A DNA stretch of 63,709 bases, filler included, from a candidate division WOR-3 bacterium (GCA_016934535.1; 9 parts of 8 records of this genome joined end to end with filler, not necessarily neighbours in it); one strand, 5' to 3'. Positions 28,844 to 38,533 are shown, counted from the first letter of the whole stretch. The notes: generated from the letters alone by a model not told the origin. Numbers and translations are program-made.

Positions 28844-29035
28844 TCACCAAGCGTCTATTCCGGGATTTCGTCTGTCGAATCTCTTCTTTTTTTGTTCATC
28901 CGTGAGGGCTTTGTATAAGAATTCGTTGAACTCCTGGAGCCACAGTAGCTTGTTATGAGGAGAAATCATCAGATTTCTTCTGATTCTCTCTTCTTCTGTC
29001 GGCCAGCCCCAAAAATCTTCTTTTTCAATTTCCAT
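28844..29035 (-). CDS. Small hypothetical protein (63 aa)
   Basis: MEIEKEDFWGW...SPHNKLLWLQEFNEF; charged and helical; ATG at 29035. Confidence 0.5.
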   Translation of the reverse strand: MEIEKEDFWGWPTEEERIRRNLMISPHNKLLWLQEFNEFLYKALTDEQKKKRFDRRNPGIDAW

Positions 29036-29246
29036 TGAATTCACTGCATATATCTTCGTAGAACATAGGCATAATTTTTGATGATTATAAATTATTATAT
29101 AATTGTAGATAAATAAAAACACCAATTATTGCAGCCGATCTTATCAAGAAAGACGGATTAAACTCCATTCAGAAAAATATCCTCGACTCAACTGAAATAT
29201 AAAAATTGTAAGGATTGCCCCTGTTCTTTAAGAGGTCAGAATTCTA

Positions 29247-29280
29247 TTGACTTATTAGGTAATTACATTATAATTACATA
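29247..29280 (+). promoter_or_regulatory. Sigma70 promoter and probable autoregulatory operator of the TA operon
   Basis: TTGACT (29247-29252), 16 nt, TATAAT (29269-29274); palindrome GTAATTAC and direct repeat TAATTACAT x2 overlap the -10. Confidence 0.75.
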
Positions 29281-29294
29281 TAAAAGAGGTTGGT

Positions 29295-29543
29295 ATGAAG
29301 ATTAATGTGATTCAAATTGGAAATTCCAAAGGCATAAGGCTTTCAAAAACAATATTACGTCAATGCGCTATTCAAAATGAAGTGGATTTGGAAATAAAAG
29401 ACGGGAATATTGTATTGTATCCTGTCAAAAACAATCCAAGAAAAAATTGGGACAAAAAATTCAAAGAGATGAATAAACACGATCATGATAAACTGATAAT
29501 TGACGATGTTATTGATTTAAAAACCGATGATTGGACATGGTAA
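29295..29543 (+). CDS. mazE: AbrB/MazE-type antitoxin
   Basis: IQIGNSKGIRLSK AbrB motif and PRKNW...F; overlaps the toxin start. Confidence 0.9.
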   Translation: MKINVIQIGNSKGIRLSKTILRQCAIQNEVDLEIKDGNIVLYPVKNNPRKNWDKKFKEMNKHDHDKLIIDDVIDLKTDDWTW

Positions 29544-29860
29544 TAAACCAATATGATGTTTTCCTGATCAATTTAGATCCAACAATTGGTCATGAAATAA
29601 AAAAATCAAGACCTTGTCTGATTATCTCTCCAAACGAAATGAATCTAAACATCAAAACCATCATAATCGCTCCTATGACAACAAAATCAAAAAAATATCC
29701 AACAAGGATTAGTATAAATTTTCAAGGGACAATGGGTTGGATTGTTTTAGATCAAATTAGAACAGTTGACAAACTAAGGTTAATTAAAAAACTCGGAAGA
29801 ATAAAAAATAAAACCATAAAGGAAATAAAAAAAACAATACAAGAAATGCTGGTCGATTAA
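29531..29860 (+). CDS. mazF: PemK/MazF endoribonuclease toxin
   Basis: NLDPTIGHEIKKSRPCLIISP, IAPMTT and LDQIRTVDKLRL. Confidence 0.93.
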   Translation: MDMVINQYDVFLINLDPTIGHEIKKSRPCLIISPNEMNLNIKTIIIAPMTTKSKKYPTRISINFQGTMGWIVLDQIRTVDKLRLIKKLGRIKNKTIKEIKKTIQEMLVD

Positions 29861-29884
29861 TTTGAGTCACAACATTCTGATGTC

Positions 29885-30625
29885 ATGAGACCGGACAAGG
29901 GAAAATTTTACTACACAGCCTACGACAAGAGGTATAAGTCAGTCTATTCACAGGGAGTTGACTACTGGAGCAGTTTTCCTGAAGTCATCGAGGGTGTTAA
30001 AACTGTCCTCACCTCTTTATTACCTGTAGATTCCACTTCTGATAACATTAAACTGATTGAATTAGGATGCGGTGAAGGGTACATTGCCGGTCATATTTCA
30101 AAAATGGGAATAAAATACACGGGCATAGACATATCCGAGACAGCTGTCAGCAAGGCTAAAAAAAGATATGACGACAAGAACATTGAATTTATTTCAGCCG
30201 ACATGACAGTTTGCCGGGAAATAAAAGAAAATGTTTTCGATTTCGCATTGGACATCAGTTCGCTTCACATGCTGGTCACAGATGACGACCGTGACAAATA
30301 TTTGAATGTTGTCAGTCGAATAGTCAAACCTGGCGGAACAGTAATTTTCTTAAACGAATCATGCCGGGAAGATTCAATAGACTGTCGAATTGAAACTTAT
30401 GAACAATGGCTCTCTATTTCGGGGACGGATGTCGACAGTCCTGAAAGATGGACTGCTTTTCAAAACGGTCTTCCCATAAACATCGTTATTCCGAGGATTG
30501 CTTCAAGGTCAAAGTCACTGAACCAATACAGGCAAGAAATTTTTTCGCACGGTTTTCAGGATTTTACCGTCCTATCACACAACGAATCGTCAATTTCTTT
30601 CAAAGTGAAAAATCCATACACCTGA
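29885..30625 (+). CDS. Class I SAM-dependent methyltransferase
   Basis: IELGCGEG, GIDISETA, ADM and VKPGG. Confidence 0.88.
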   Translation: MRPDKGKFYYTAYDKRYKSVYSQGVDYWSSFPEVIEGVKTVLTSLLPVDSTSDNIKLIELGCGEGYIAGHISKMGIKYTGIDISETAVSKAKKRYDDKNIEFISADMTVCREIKENVFDFALDISSLHMLVTDDDRDKYLNVVSRIVKPGGTVIFLNESCREDSIDCRIETYEQWLSISGTDVDSPERWTAFQNGLPINIVIPRIASRSKSLNQYRQEIFSHGFQDFTVLSHNESSISFKVKNPYT

Positions 30626-30785
30626 TTCTATTTTTTCGGATATCTAAATTTGATAAAGTTGCATCCTTGAATTAAATGTTACTCGTCAAGACCTGGCACT
30701 ATACCAATAATTCATTGACTTATTAAGATAACGTGTTATTCTATATGTAAAATTAATATCTGATAATACCTTCTGGGGGCATTTA

Positions 30786-30961
30786 TGGTAATAAATAATA
30801 CATCATACCGTTTAGGACCGATAGAAACAAAGATAATAGCGCGGTTGACTTATGAAAAAAAACTTTTAGTTTCAGCAGAGGATTTAGATACACTCTTTAA
30901 TCTTTCGGCTGTAGATCGCGCTAAAGTTGTTTCGCGACTTAAAAAGAAAAATATTTTGATA
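30786..30961 (+). CDS. Winged-helix protein, probable AbiEi-type (type IV TA) antitoxin; 3' truncated
   Basis: LGPIETKIIARL...VVSRLKKKNIL winged-helix pattern; GGGGG RBS; upstream TTGACT promoter with palindrome ATAAC-GT-GTTAT. Confidence 0.55.
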
Positions 30962-31061
30962 NNNNNNNNNNNNNNNNNNNNNNNNNNNNNNNNNNNNNNN
31001 NNNNNTTAATTAATTAANNNNNNNNNNNNNNNNNNNNNNNNNNNNNNNNNNNNNNNNNNNN
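30962..31061. other. Artificial contig spacer
   Basis: N-run + TTAATTAATTAA + N-run. Confidence 0.98.
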
Positions 31062-31062
31062 C

Positions 31063-31407
31063 GAGATAGAATCGGATCAACCGCCGAGTTACGGGGGAGA
31101 GGATTCCGCTCCGACTCCCCTCGATCTTGTTGTAATGGGTCTTGCGGGTTGTATAAACGTAATTTTTGTTATGATAGCCGGTAAAATGAGACTGAACTTT
31201 GAAAGTGTCTGGGTTGAAGTCGAAGCCGACAAACCGAAAGGCGCCAAGACAATTGAAGGAGCGAAAGCCGTTCTAAAGATAAAATCCGGAGACAAAAAGG
31301 AAAAGATTAAAAAATGCCTCGACCAGGCTCTGGCGACTTGTCCCGTTGGAGTTATCTTTGAAAAAGCAGGGATAAAAGTGAACTGTGAACTCGAAATAGT
31401 CAAATAA
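31063..31407 (+). CDS. OsmC/Ohr family protein, 5' partial
   Basis: Frame open from the contig start: DQPPSYGGEDSAPTPLDLVVMGLAGC...ATCPV (two conserved Cys). Confidence 0.88.
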   Translation, partial: EIESDQPPSYGGEDSAPTPLDLVVMGLAGCINVIFVMIAGKMRLNFESVWVEVEADKPKGAKTIEGAKAVLKIKSGDKKEKIKKCLDQALATCPVGVIFEKAGIKVNCELEIVK

Positions 31408-31434
31408 ATCCGAGTTGAGAACAGTTCCGGGAGG

Positions 31435-32046
31435 ATGAAAAAACTGAATAAAAAAGACGTTGTTCTTCTTTACCTGATCTTTTTCCCTTTGTTTCCTTTG
31501 CTGGCCTTTTTTTTGGGGATTTTCGGAAGCGAAGCGCTGGGTCTTGACGCTATTGCATATTCGATTGTGATAACGTGTTCTGTTTTGGCGGGATTTGTGC
31601 TGAATTTTTATTTTTTCAGATGCCTGTCGGCAAATGCTTTTTTCATGAGAAACTCCTCTCTTGTTTCTGTGTATCTTCTTTATTCGATAATCCTGCTCTT
31701 TATTTTCAGGAATTTCCTGTTTTACAACTTCGTGGCGGCTTTTTTTGCCGGTGCTTTCGCCGCGAGAAGAGAGTGTTTTTTTGGTAGAGAGAATTTTAGA
31801 CCGGGCACACTCGCAAAAATTATGGCGATGACGATTCTATCCGCTCAGCTGTCATTCGCTATTTCAGAGACGGCTGTATTTCCGGACTTTGAAACAATCC
31901 GTTTTGGTATTTTTCAAAGACCTTATATCGACACAGCCAACTATATTCAGAAAATATTGGTTTTAACTGCTTTGACATCATTGACTGGCTTGGCGACAAT
32001 TCTCGGTTTCAGATTGAATACAGGCAAATCCTCTGTTGACAGATGA
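31435..32046 (+). CDS. Hypothetical membrane protein
   Basis: Multiple hydrophobic segments; no family recognised. Confidence 0.6.
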   Translation: MKKLNKKDVVLLYLIFFPLFPLLAFFLGIFGSEALGLDAIAYSIVITCSVLAGFVLNFYFFRCLSANAFFMRNSSLVSVYLLYSIILLFIFRNFLFYNFVAAFFAGAFAARRECFFGRENFRPGTLAKIMAMTILSAQLSFAISETAVFPDFETIRFGIFQRPYIDTANYIQKILVLTALTSLTGLATILGFRLNTGKSSVDR

Positions 32047-32065
32047 CGATTTGATTTTATAGAAT
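32036..32065 (+). promoter_or_regulatory. Candidate sigma70 promoter for the KamA-family gene
   Basis: TTGACA (32036-32041), 18 nt, TAGAAT (32060-32065). Confidence 0.45.
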
Positions 32066-32117
32066 CAAAAGTGTATTGACCGAATTAATCTCAAGCTGAA
32101 AAAAGAGGGGAGGATCC

Positions 32118-33941
32118 GTGCCTAAAAAGACCGGACTCGCCAGGATCATTAATGAGACCTCCGAGTCTCTGCTCGGCTTTTTATGGCAGACTGATCCAAT
32201 ATTCATGAAAATACTGACTTCATCTTCTTCTCTGAAAGACGCGAGGAAGAGAATTTTCGATTACCTGAACAACACGGAGAACGAACTCGAGAACGTAATA
32301 TCGGACAAGTTCTACGAGAATATTCACGTCCTCGAAATTGAGAACGCCAAAGAATGCATAAGAGTTTTGAAAAATATTTTCCGGACAAAAAACGAGCAGA
32401 TAGCAGAATTTTCGGCTCTCAATCTATTATACAGGATAGCCGTCAATGAAATAACGGACATGAAAAGAGTCAATCCGGCTTTTTTGACCGAGATGCTATT
32501 TCTTATAAAAGGCGTAAATTGTATGTCGGAGATATACGAGGAAGTCTATACAAAAGTTCAGGACCCCGAGAGAAAAGTCAGGTCGAGAATGCATAAGCTC
32601 GACGTTTTCGCTTCCGGTATGGAAACAGCTTTTAAGAGGTTCAAAACGGGACAAGACGAAGAAATAGTCTCCATGAGAAGACAAATGAAAAAAAGAATCC
32701 TGAAGTTTTACAGAGCGGGAGAAGACGACTGGAATAAATACAAATGGCATCTTTCAAACGTCATAACTTCCCCGGAGCAGCTCGTCAGCCTCGTCAAACT
32801 GAGCCAGGAAGAATTCGAAGGCGTTGAGACGGCGGTCAAAAATCATATACCGTTTCAAATAACGCCGTATTATCTTTCTTTGTTCAATCCCGACGGCAGA
32901 TCCGAACACGACAGGACTGTCAGAGCTCAGGTTCTTCCCACCGTTTATTATTGCAGAAAAATCGCCTGGAGCCGGGTAAAAGAGATTGACATGGATTTTA
33001 TGGGCGAAAAGTTTACTTCTCCAGTTCCAGGAATAACCAGAAGATACCCCAACATTGTGATTCTGAAACCTTACGATTCCTGTCCGCAGATTTGCGTTTA
33101 TTGCCAGAGGAACTGGGAGATAAAGAATATTGAAAGAGCTGTTTTTTCAAAGGATCAAAACGAGAAGGCAGTCAAGTGGATAAAAGAAAATCCTCAGATA
33201 ACCGAGGTGCTTATAACCGGCGGAGATCCCCTGACCCTCGGGAACACTTATCTCAACGAGTTGTTGGAAAGCCTCGCTAAAATTGAACACTTAGAGAGAA
33301 TAAGAATTGGGACGAGAACACTTGTCACAATTCCTTTCAGGATAAACGAGAGGTTTTTGGAGATACTCAAAAAATATCACGAACCCGGAAAAAGAGAAAT
33401 CTGCGTAGTCACGCATGTTGAAAGCCCGCTCGAACTCACGGAAGACACAATCGAAGCCGTCACAAAAATAAAGCAATGCGGCATAGGTGTTTACAACCAG
33501 CAGGTTTTTACTTATTACAACAGCAAAAGGTTCGAAACGGCATTTTTGAGAAAAATGCTGAAGCTTTGCGGGATTGATCCCTACTATTCTTTCAACACCA
33601 AAGGCAAAGACGAAACAAAGGAATTCATGGTCCCCATAGCGAGAATACAGCAGGAAAGGAGGGAAGAGGCAAGGCTTCTTCCCGGCATGGTCAGGACAGA
33701 CGAACCGGTCTTCAACATTCCAGAGTTGGGGAAATCGCACCTGAGAGCCGGTCAGGACCACGAAATAATTATGATAATGCCGGACGGCAGAAGAGTTTTC
33801 AGATTTTATCCATGGGAGATGAAGATATCTCTGTCCGACGACTACATTTACACTGATGTAGGAATATACGATTATCTCAAAAGGCTCGAAGAAGACGGCG
33901 AAAAAGTCGAGGAATACAAGACCATCTGGTACTATTTTTGA
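32118..33941 (+). CDS. KamA family radical SAM protein (long form)
   Basis: ITPYY, SPVPGITRRYP, CPQICVYCQR (CxxxCxxC), ITGGDPL, RIGTR and NQQV. Confidence 0.9.
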   Translation: MPKKTGLARIINETSESLLGFLWQTDPIFMKILTSSSSLKDARKRIFDYLNNTENELENVISDKFYENIHVLEIENAKECIRVLKNIFRTKNEQIAEFSALNLLYRIAVNEITDMKRVNPAFLTEMLFLIKGVNCMSEIYEEVYTKVQDPERKVRSRMHKLDVFASGMETAFKRFKTGQDEEIVSMRRQMKKRILKFYRAGEDDWNKYKWHLSNVITSPEQLVSLVKLSQEEFEGVETAVKNHIPFQITPYYLSLFNPDGRSEHDRTVRAQVLPTVYYCRKIAWSRVKEIDMDFMGEKFTSPVPGITRRYPNIVILKPYDSCPQICVYCQRNWEIKNIERAVFSKDQNEKAVKWIKENPQITEVLITGGDPLTLGNTYLNELLESLAKIEHLERIRIGTRTLVTIPFRINERFLEILKKYHEPGKREICVVTHVESPLELTEDTIEAVTKIKQCGIGVYNQQVFTYYNSKRFETAFLRKMLKLCGIDPYYSFNTKGKDETKEFMVPIARIQQERREEARLLPGMVRTDEPVFNIPELGKSHLRAGQDHEIIMIMPDGRRVFRFYPWEMKISLSDDYIYTDVGIYDYLKRLEEDGEKVEEYKTIWYYF

Positions 33942-34019
33942 TCAGGTAATATTTTTCAAATTTAATGATATAATTGCCTGCAAAGGCATGAAGCTCTTGT
34001 TAAACAAATGGGAGGAAAA

Positions 34020-35087
34020 ATGTTTAAATACAGGTCAATTACTCTGATTTCAGTGTTTATTTTTCTACAGGGCTGTACAAGCTCGACTGATCCCGGCAAC
34101 AATCAGAGGATTTTATTCGGATGGGCCGCCGGATGTCCGAAAGACAGCACAGCCCTGGTGATAAGGACACTGAACGGCGGAGAACTTTGGACGAGATGCG
34201 GAGCGCACGGTGAAATACCCCCTGTGTATATAAGCTGTATTGAGGCCGTAGATCACTCGATTGTGTGGCTTGCCGGGGATGCCTGGGACGGTTACGGGCT
34301 TGTAATGAGATCTGAAGACGGAGGACAGACGTGGAGCAGGAAACCCGTACAGGCCGCATTTCCGAATGAAGGCGTAGGTTCTATTTACTCTCTCGACAAA
34401 TACAGGTCGTGGGCGTCAGGTAGCAACGGCGCTATTTGTTTTACTACAGACGCCGGAGAGACATGGATTCAGAAAAACGATTCACAGACCGTCGGTTATC
34501 TTTTGGGTGGCGTCAAGGCTTTCAATTCACTTGTCGTGTGGGCAGTCGGCGGCAGTACCGGTGCAAACGACAGCGGGATAATCGTCAGGACGACCGACGG
34601 AGGGACTACCTGGCAGAGACAGGCAGTCGGCACAGAAGTAGACAGTTGTTATCTTATAACTATTTCGGCTCCCGACACTTCCTGCGCTTGGGCGGTCGGC
34701 CACGGCTATATTGTGATGAGGACGACAGACGGAGGGCAGGCATGGAACAATGTTTCGCCATACGCCGTATCGGGAAACGACGCAAACGGAATCGTCGCTT
34801 TCGACAAAGATAACGCCTGGGTCGTCATGGACTACAATAATGTGTTTAGAACAACTGACGGCGGACAGACATGGAACAAACAGACGGTTCCCGTCACTGA
34901 CCAGTTCATAACGAGAATTTCGGCAATAGACAGAAACACAGCCTGGGCAGTCGGAAGCCAGAGCAACGCGCCTTTCAACCACGGGGCGATTTTATACACC
35001 TCAGACGGCGGAGATAACTGGGTCGAACAGACAAATCCCGTCGAAGGAAACCTGTATTGCGTGTCGTTCTATGGTGAAATCCGCTGA
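34020..35087 (+). CDS. YCF48/BNR-repeat beta-propeller lipoprotein
   Basis: Lipobox FLQGC; seven Asp-box repeats (e.g. RTTDGGQTW); GGAGG before the ATG at 34020. Confidence 0.85.
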   Translation: MFKYRSITLISVFIFLQGCTSSTDPGNNQRILFGWAAGCPKDSTALVIRTLNGGELWTRCGAHGEIPPVYISCIEAVDHSIVWLAGDAWDGYGLVMRSEDGGQTWSRKPVQAAFPNEGVGSIYSLDKYRSWASGSNGAICFTTDAGETWIQKNDSQTVGYLLGGVKAFNSLVVWAVGGSTGANDSGIIVRTTDGGTTWQRQAVGTEVDSCYLITISAPDTSCAWAVGHGYIVMRTTDGGQAWNNVSPYAVSGNDANGIVAFDKDNAWVVMDYNNVFRTTDGGQTWNKQTVPVTDQFITRISAIDRNTAWAVGSQSNAPFNHGAILYTSDGGDNWVEQTNPVEGNLYCVSFYGEIR

Positions 35088-36130
35088 GGAAGATAATTCA
35101 CATAGACATGGACGCGTATTACGCGGCGATAGAGCAGAGGGACGACCCTTCTCTCAGGTGTAAACCCGTCATAGTCGGAGGTCCTCCAGGGACGAGAAGC
35201 GTTGTCGCCACTTGCTCCTACGAAGCGAGGAAATTCGGAGTGAGGTCGGCAATGCCGTCAAACAGGGCAAAAATGCTCTGCCCGCAGGGAATTTTCGTAT
35301 ATCCGAGATTCAGGATATACGAAAATGTATCCAGACAGATAAGGAGCATTTTCAGGGAATACACGGACCTTGTCGAGCCTATGTCTTTGGATGAGGCGTA
35401 TCTCGACGTCACCGAAAACAAGAAGGGATTGAAATCGGCAACAGCAATTGCAAAGGAGATAAAGAAAAAAATATTTTTGGAGACAAAACTTACGGCGTCG
35501 GCTGGTGTCTCCTACAACAAATTTCTGGCAAAAGTCGCGTCTGATTTCAAGAAACCCGACGGACTTACAGTCGTTCCGCCGGGGAAAGCGGAAAAATTTT
35601 TAGAGTTACTCGACATAAGGAAATTCTACGGCGTAGGTGAGGCGACGGAAAAGCGGATGAGAAAACTGGGAATAAACAACGGCGCAGACCTCAGAAAAAG
35701 AGGCAGGGAGGAGCTGGAGAAAAATTTCGGTAAAGCTGGAATTTATTACTACGAAATAGTCCGGGGAATAGACGAAAGACCTGTAATAAACGAATGGGAG
35801 AGAAAATCATACGGAAGCGAGACGACATACGAGGAGGATTTGATAAATTTAAACCAAATCAATGGTGAGATCGAAAAACTTTCGAATAAAGTTTTTTTGG
35901 GCACAGAGAAAGAAGGTTTTAAGGCGAGAACGGTTACGATAAAAGTCCGGTACGGTGATTTTACGACGCTTACAAGAAGTCTGACGAGGGAGGACGCTTT
36001 CGCCTCAAGTGAGGATCTTGTAAAAACAGCGTTTTTTTTACTGCGTAAAACCGAAGCCGGAAAAAGAAGCATCAGGCTCCTCGGGGTTACGCTTTCGAAT
36101 TTCTATTCAGATGAAAAAATTATGACAGAG
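35084..36130 (+). CDS. dinB: DNA polymerase IV; probable CTG start; runs into the contig end
   Basis: RKIIHIDMDAYYAAIEQRD, SYEARKFGVRSAMP, SLDEAYLD and KFLAKVASDFKKPDG. Confidence 0.95.
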
Positions 36131-36230
36131 NNNNNNNNNNNNNNNNNNNNNNNNNNNNNNNNNNNNNNNNNNNNTTAATTAATTAANNNNNNNNNNNNNN
36201 NNNNNNNNNNNNNNNNNNNNNNNNNNNNNN
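36131..36230. other. Artificial contig spacer
   Basis: N-run + TTAATTAATTAA + N-run. Confidence 0.98.
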
Positions 36231-36292
36231 ACGCACTGGACTCAAAATCCAGCGGGGTTCGCTCCATATGGGTTCGATTCCCATCTCCGGCA
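36231..36292 (+). tRNA. tRNA-Leu(CAA), 5' truncated
   Basis: Anticodon arm CTGGA-CTCAAAA-TCCAG, long variable arm, T-arm ATGGG-TTCGATT-CCCAT and acceptor 3' strand CTCCGGC-A; no encoded CCA. Confidence 0.9.
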
Positions 36293-38533
36293 TTATCTCC
36301 CGTATTTTATGATCTCTTCACCCTCGTATTCGTTTTCTGTCCTCTGAACTTCCTTGAAATTTCCGGAAAGAAACCGGGCAATCCCGCTTTCTGTTTGTTC
36401 ATTTTGATAATATTTGATTTTTCTGACAAAAAACACGTCTCCGGAAACTTTTACAAGAATTTTCTTCGCCGGTTCTTCGAACGGTTCGGTTTTATTGTAC
36501 TCAATTCCCAGTGTATCCGCTATGAGTCGCGAAGTCTCTTCATTTTTATAAAAATTCTCAGGTTCGTCGCGTACAACAGCGAAATCCGCGGTTCCTTCGT
36601 CTTTTTTCCGAAACCTGATAAAATCCTTGTATGAACGTAAAAAAGAAGACGCCTCAAGAAAAAAGTAGAAAAACAAATTGACGTCCGACAAAATTTCTTT
36701 TGCCGCATTTTTTTCAACAGAACTGATGAGTGACGCCGCGAAAATCGCCTTCAAATTGAGATCTTCAATTTTTCCGATTTCTTTCGCTATCGAAGCGGCG
36801 GCCCAAGCATTCCTGGCCGTCGTCAGGTTGACTTCCCTGAATTTAACTAAAAAATAACCTCCGTCATATTCGCACGAGTCCAGTAGTTCCTTGAAAGCTC
36901 TGAAATCGTTTTCGTGAAATTTAACAGGTGACGCTTTCCTTATTGAAGAAAACGGACACAAAAGGTTTGAACAGAGAAGTTCCGCCGCGTCCGTTCCGAT
37001 TACGTGCCTGTAAATGACTTTTTCAGATCCGCAGGAAGAACAACTCCTGCCCGAAAAATAGAATTTCCGGGAGTATTCGCTGAACGTTTTTCTCATTGCC
37101 GCAAGGTTCGTTTTAAAATTTCTTACGAACAAAAATTCCTGTTTTCTGTTTTCAAAAGAAATTTCAGAGATTATCTTTTCGGACAATCTAGCGCTCACAA
37201 GCGAAACCGATCTCCCCGCCCCGGAAAGCATCCGGCACACATCCCGGCCTCCGTCCGCCGAAAAAACAGTTCCCTTTTGTTTTTCTTTTGTCGAATCAGT
37301 TAATACGTCCCTGAGTGTGAACAATACCCCTTCGGAAGATTTCGACGGCACGTTCATGACGGTTTGTCCGGACACGCTTTCGTCTGCGAAAGATCCGGCT
37401 TTTTCTGCTTCCAGAGCGTACACTTTTAGTTTGACGTCTTTCAAAATGAAGTGCAGTCTGTCTCCTTTGGAAAGTTCAAGGCTTTCTATGAGCTTTTGCG
37501 CGCGGCAGAGTCTTTTTTTGGATTCTTCGTAATCGACGAGCATTTTTTTTCCAAAAACTTCGATTATTATCTGCGTGTCGGTGTCGGGGAAAAATTCGTA
37601 GACAAGCGGCCTCAGGACTATGTAGCCGTCTTTGAGGGATTTTTCCGAAACAGGATTGGTCGTGTAATCTTTTCTCGCTCCGGGCTGGTAGAGGGATCTC
37701 GATTTCTCGTATTCCCATTTTTTTAAGTGCCAGAATCCCCTTCGAGAAGAGGCAAATCTGCTGTCTTCAGTCAGGGCAGACGAGAGGGTGTTGGACTTGA
37801 ATTCGATGCCGAATTTACTGACGAGAATTTTTTTTAATTCCCTGAAAAGCATCGGCTTTTGCTTCTCGGCGAAAACCGAATGAATCATTTCAGTGACATT
37901 GCTTTGTAAATGCCTCGAAGCTGATTTCTCAGGGGCTATTATTGATTTTCCAAGATTAGTGACCGCTTTTCGCTTTATCAGTCTGGAAAGCTCGGCGTAG
38001 AAACCGCCGTCGGGATTGACGTAAATTCCAGAAGAAACGGCGACGTGCTCCGCCAGGTTGTTTCTGTGCACAGGTGTTTTGTGTTCGTTGAAAAATTCTA
38101 TTATTTTTGAAGAAAAAAAATCCCCTATGTTTGCCGTCGGTAAGTCCTGATTTTTCAGCGCAAAATAATCGCTAGTTCCCCATCTGACAAAATTGTTTCC
38201 TACGAGGACTTTTTTCACCTGGAATCCATCCTGCGGTTTTATATGCCTTGAGCCGACCAGACAAGCAACTATCTGGGGCACATACATCGGTCTTTTTCTG
38301 ATTTCGAGGATGGACGCTATCTCGTTTTTGAGGCTGAGCTCGCTCTCCGACCTGCCGACAACTCTCCAAACACCGTTTCCGTCGCTTTCAAATCTGCTGT
38401 CCTGACTCATCAAAGCGTTGACAGTTCCCGGGTTGACTATAATGCCCGATTTTGCAAGAAGATCCGATATATCCTTGTAATGAAGGTTCGGATTTTTTTC
38501 AAGCACCGAGAATATTTCTGTCGCGATGCTCAG
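36293..38533 (-). CDS. Multidomain hypothetical protein: four winged-helix (HARE-HTH-like) repeats, barrel-like domain and Zn-ribbon
   Basis: Repeated helix...PM/H...I...DSRF..G.W pattern; CSSC...CSNLLC. The start is either GTG at 38506 or CTG at 38533. Confidence 0.75.
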   Translation of the reverse strand: MSIATEIFSVLEKNPNLHYKDISDLLAKSGIIVNPGTVNALMSQDSRFESDGNGVWRVVGRSESELSLKNEIASILEIRKRPMYVPQIVACLVGSRHIKPQDGFQVKKVLVGNNFVRWGTSDYFALKNQDLPTANIGDFFSSKIIEFFNEHKTPVHRNNLAEHVAVSSGIYVNPDGGFYAELSRLIKRKAVTNLGKSIIAPEKSASRHLQSNVTEMIHSVFAEKQKPMLFRELKKILVSKFGIEFKSNTLSSALTEDSRFASSRRGFWHLKKWEYEKSRSLYQPGARKDYTTNPVSEKSLKDGYIVLRPLVYEFFPDTDTQIIIEVFGKKMLVDYEESKKRLCRAQKLIESLELSKGDRLHFILKDVKLKVYALEAEKAGSFADESVSGQTVMNVPSKSSEGVLFTLRDVLTDSTKEKQKGTVFSADGGRDVCRMLSGAGRSVSLVSARLSEKIISEISFENRKQEFLFVRNFKTNLAAMRKTFSEYSRKFYFSGRSCSSCGSEKVIYRHVIGTDAAELLCSNLLCPFSSIRKASPVKFHENDFRAFKELLDSCEYDGGYFLVKFREVNLTTARNAWAAASIAKEIGKIEDLNLKAIFAASLISSVEKNAAKEILSDVNLFFYFFLEASSFLRSYKDFIRFRKKDEGTADFAVVRDEPENFYKNEETSRLIADTLGIEYNKTEPFEEPAKKILVKVSGDVFFVRKIKYYQNEQTESGIARFLSGNFKEVQRTENEYEGEEIIKYGR

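Noticed and set aside
17964-30961. Integron cassette array
   Set aside because: No integrase and no recognisable RYYYAAC...GTTRRRY attC sites between genes; contig 2 genes lie on both strands.
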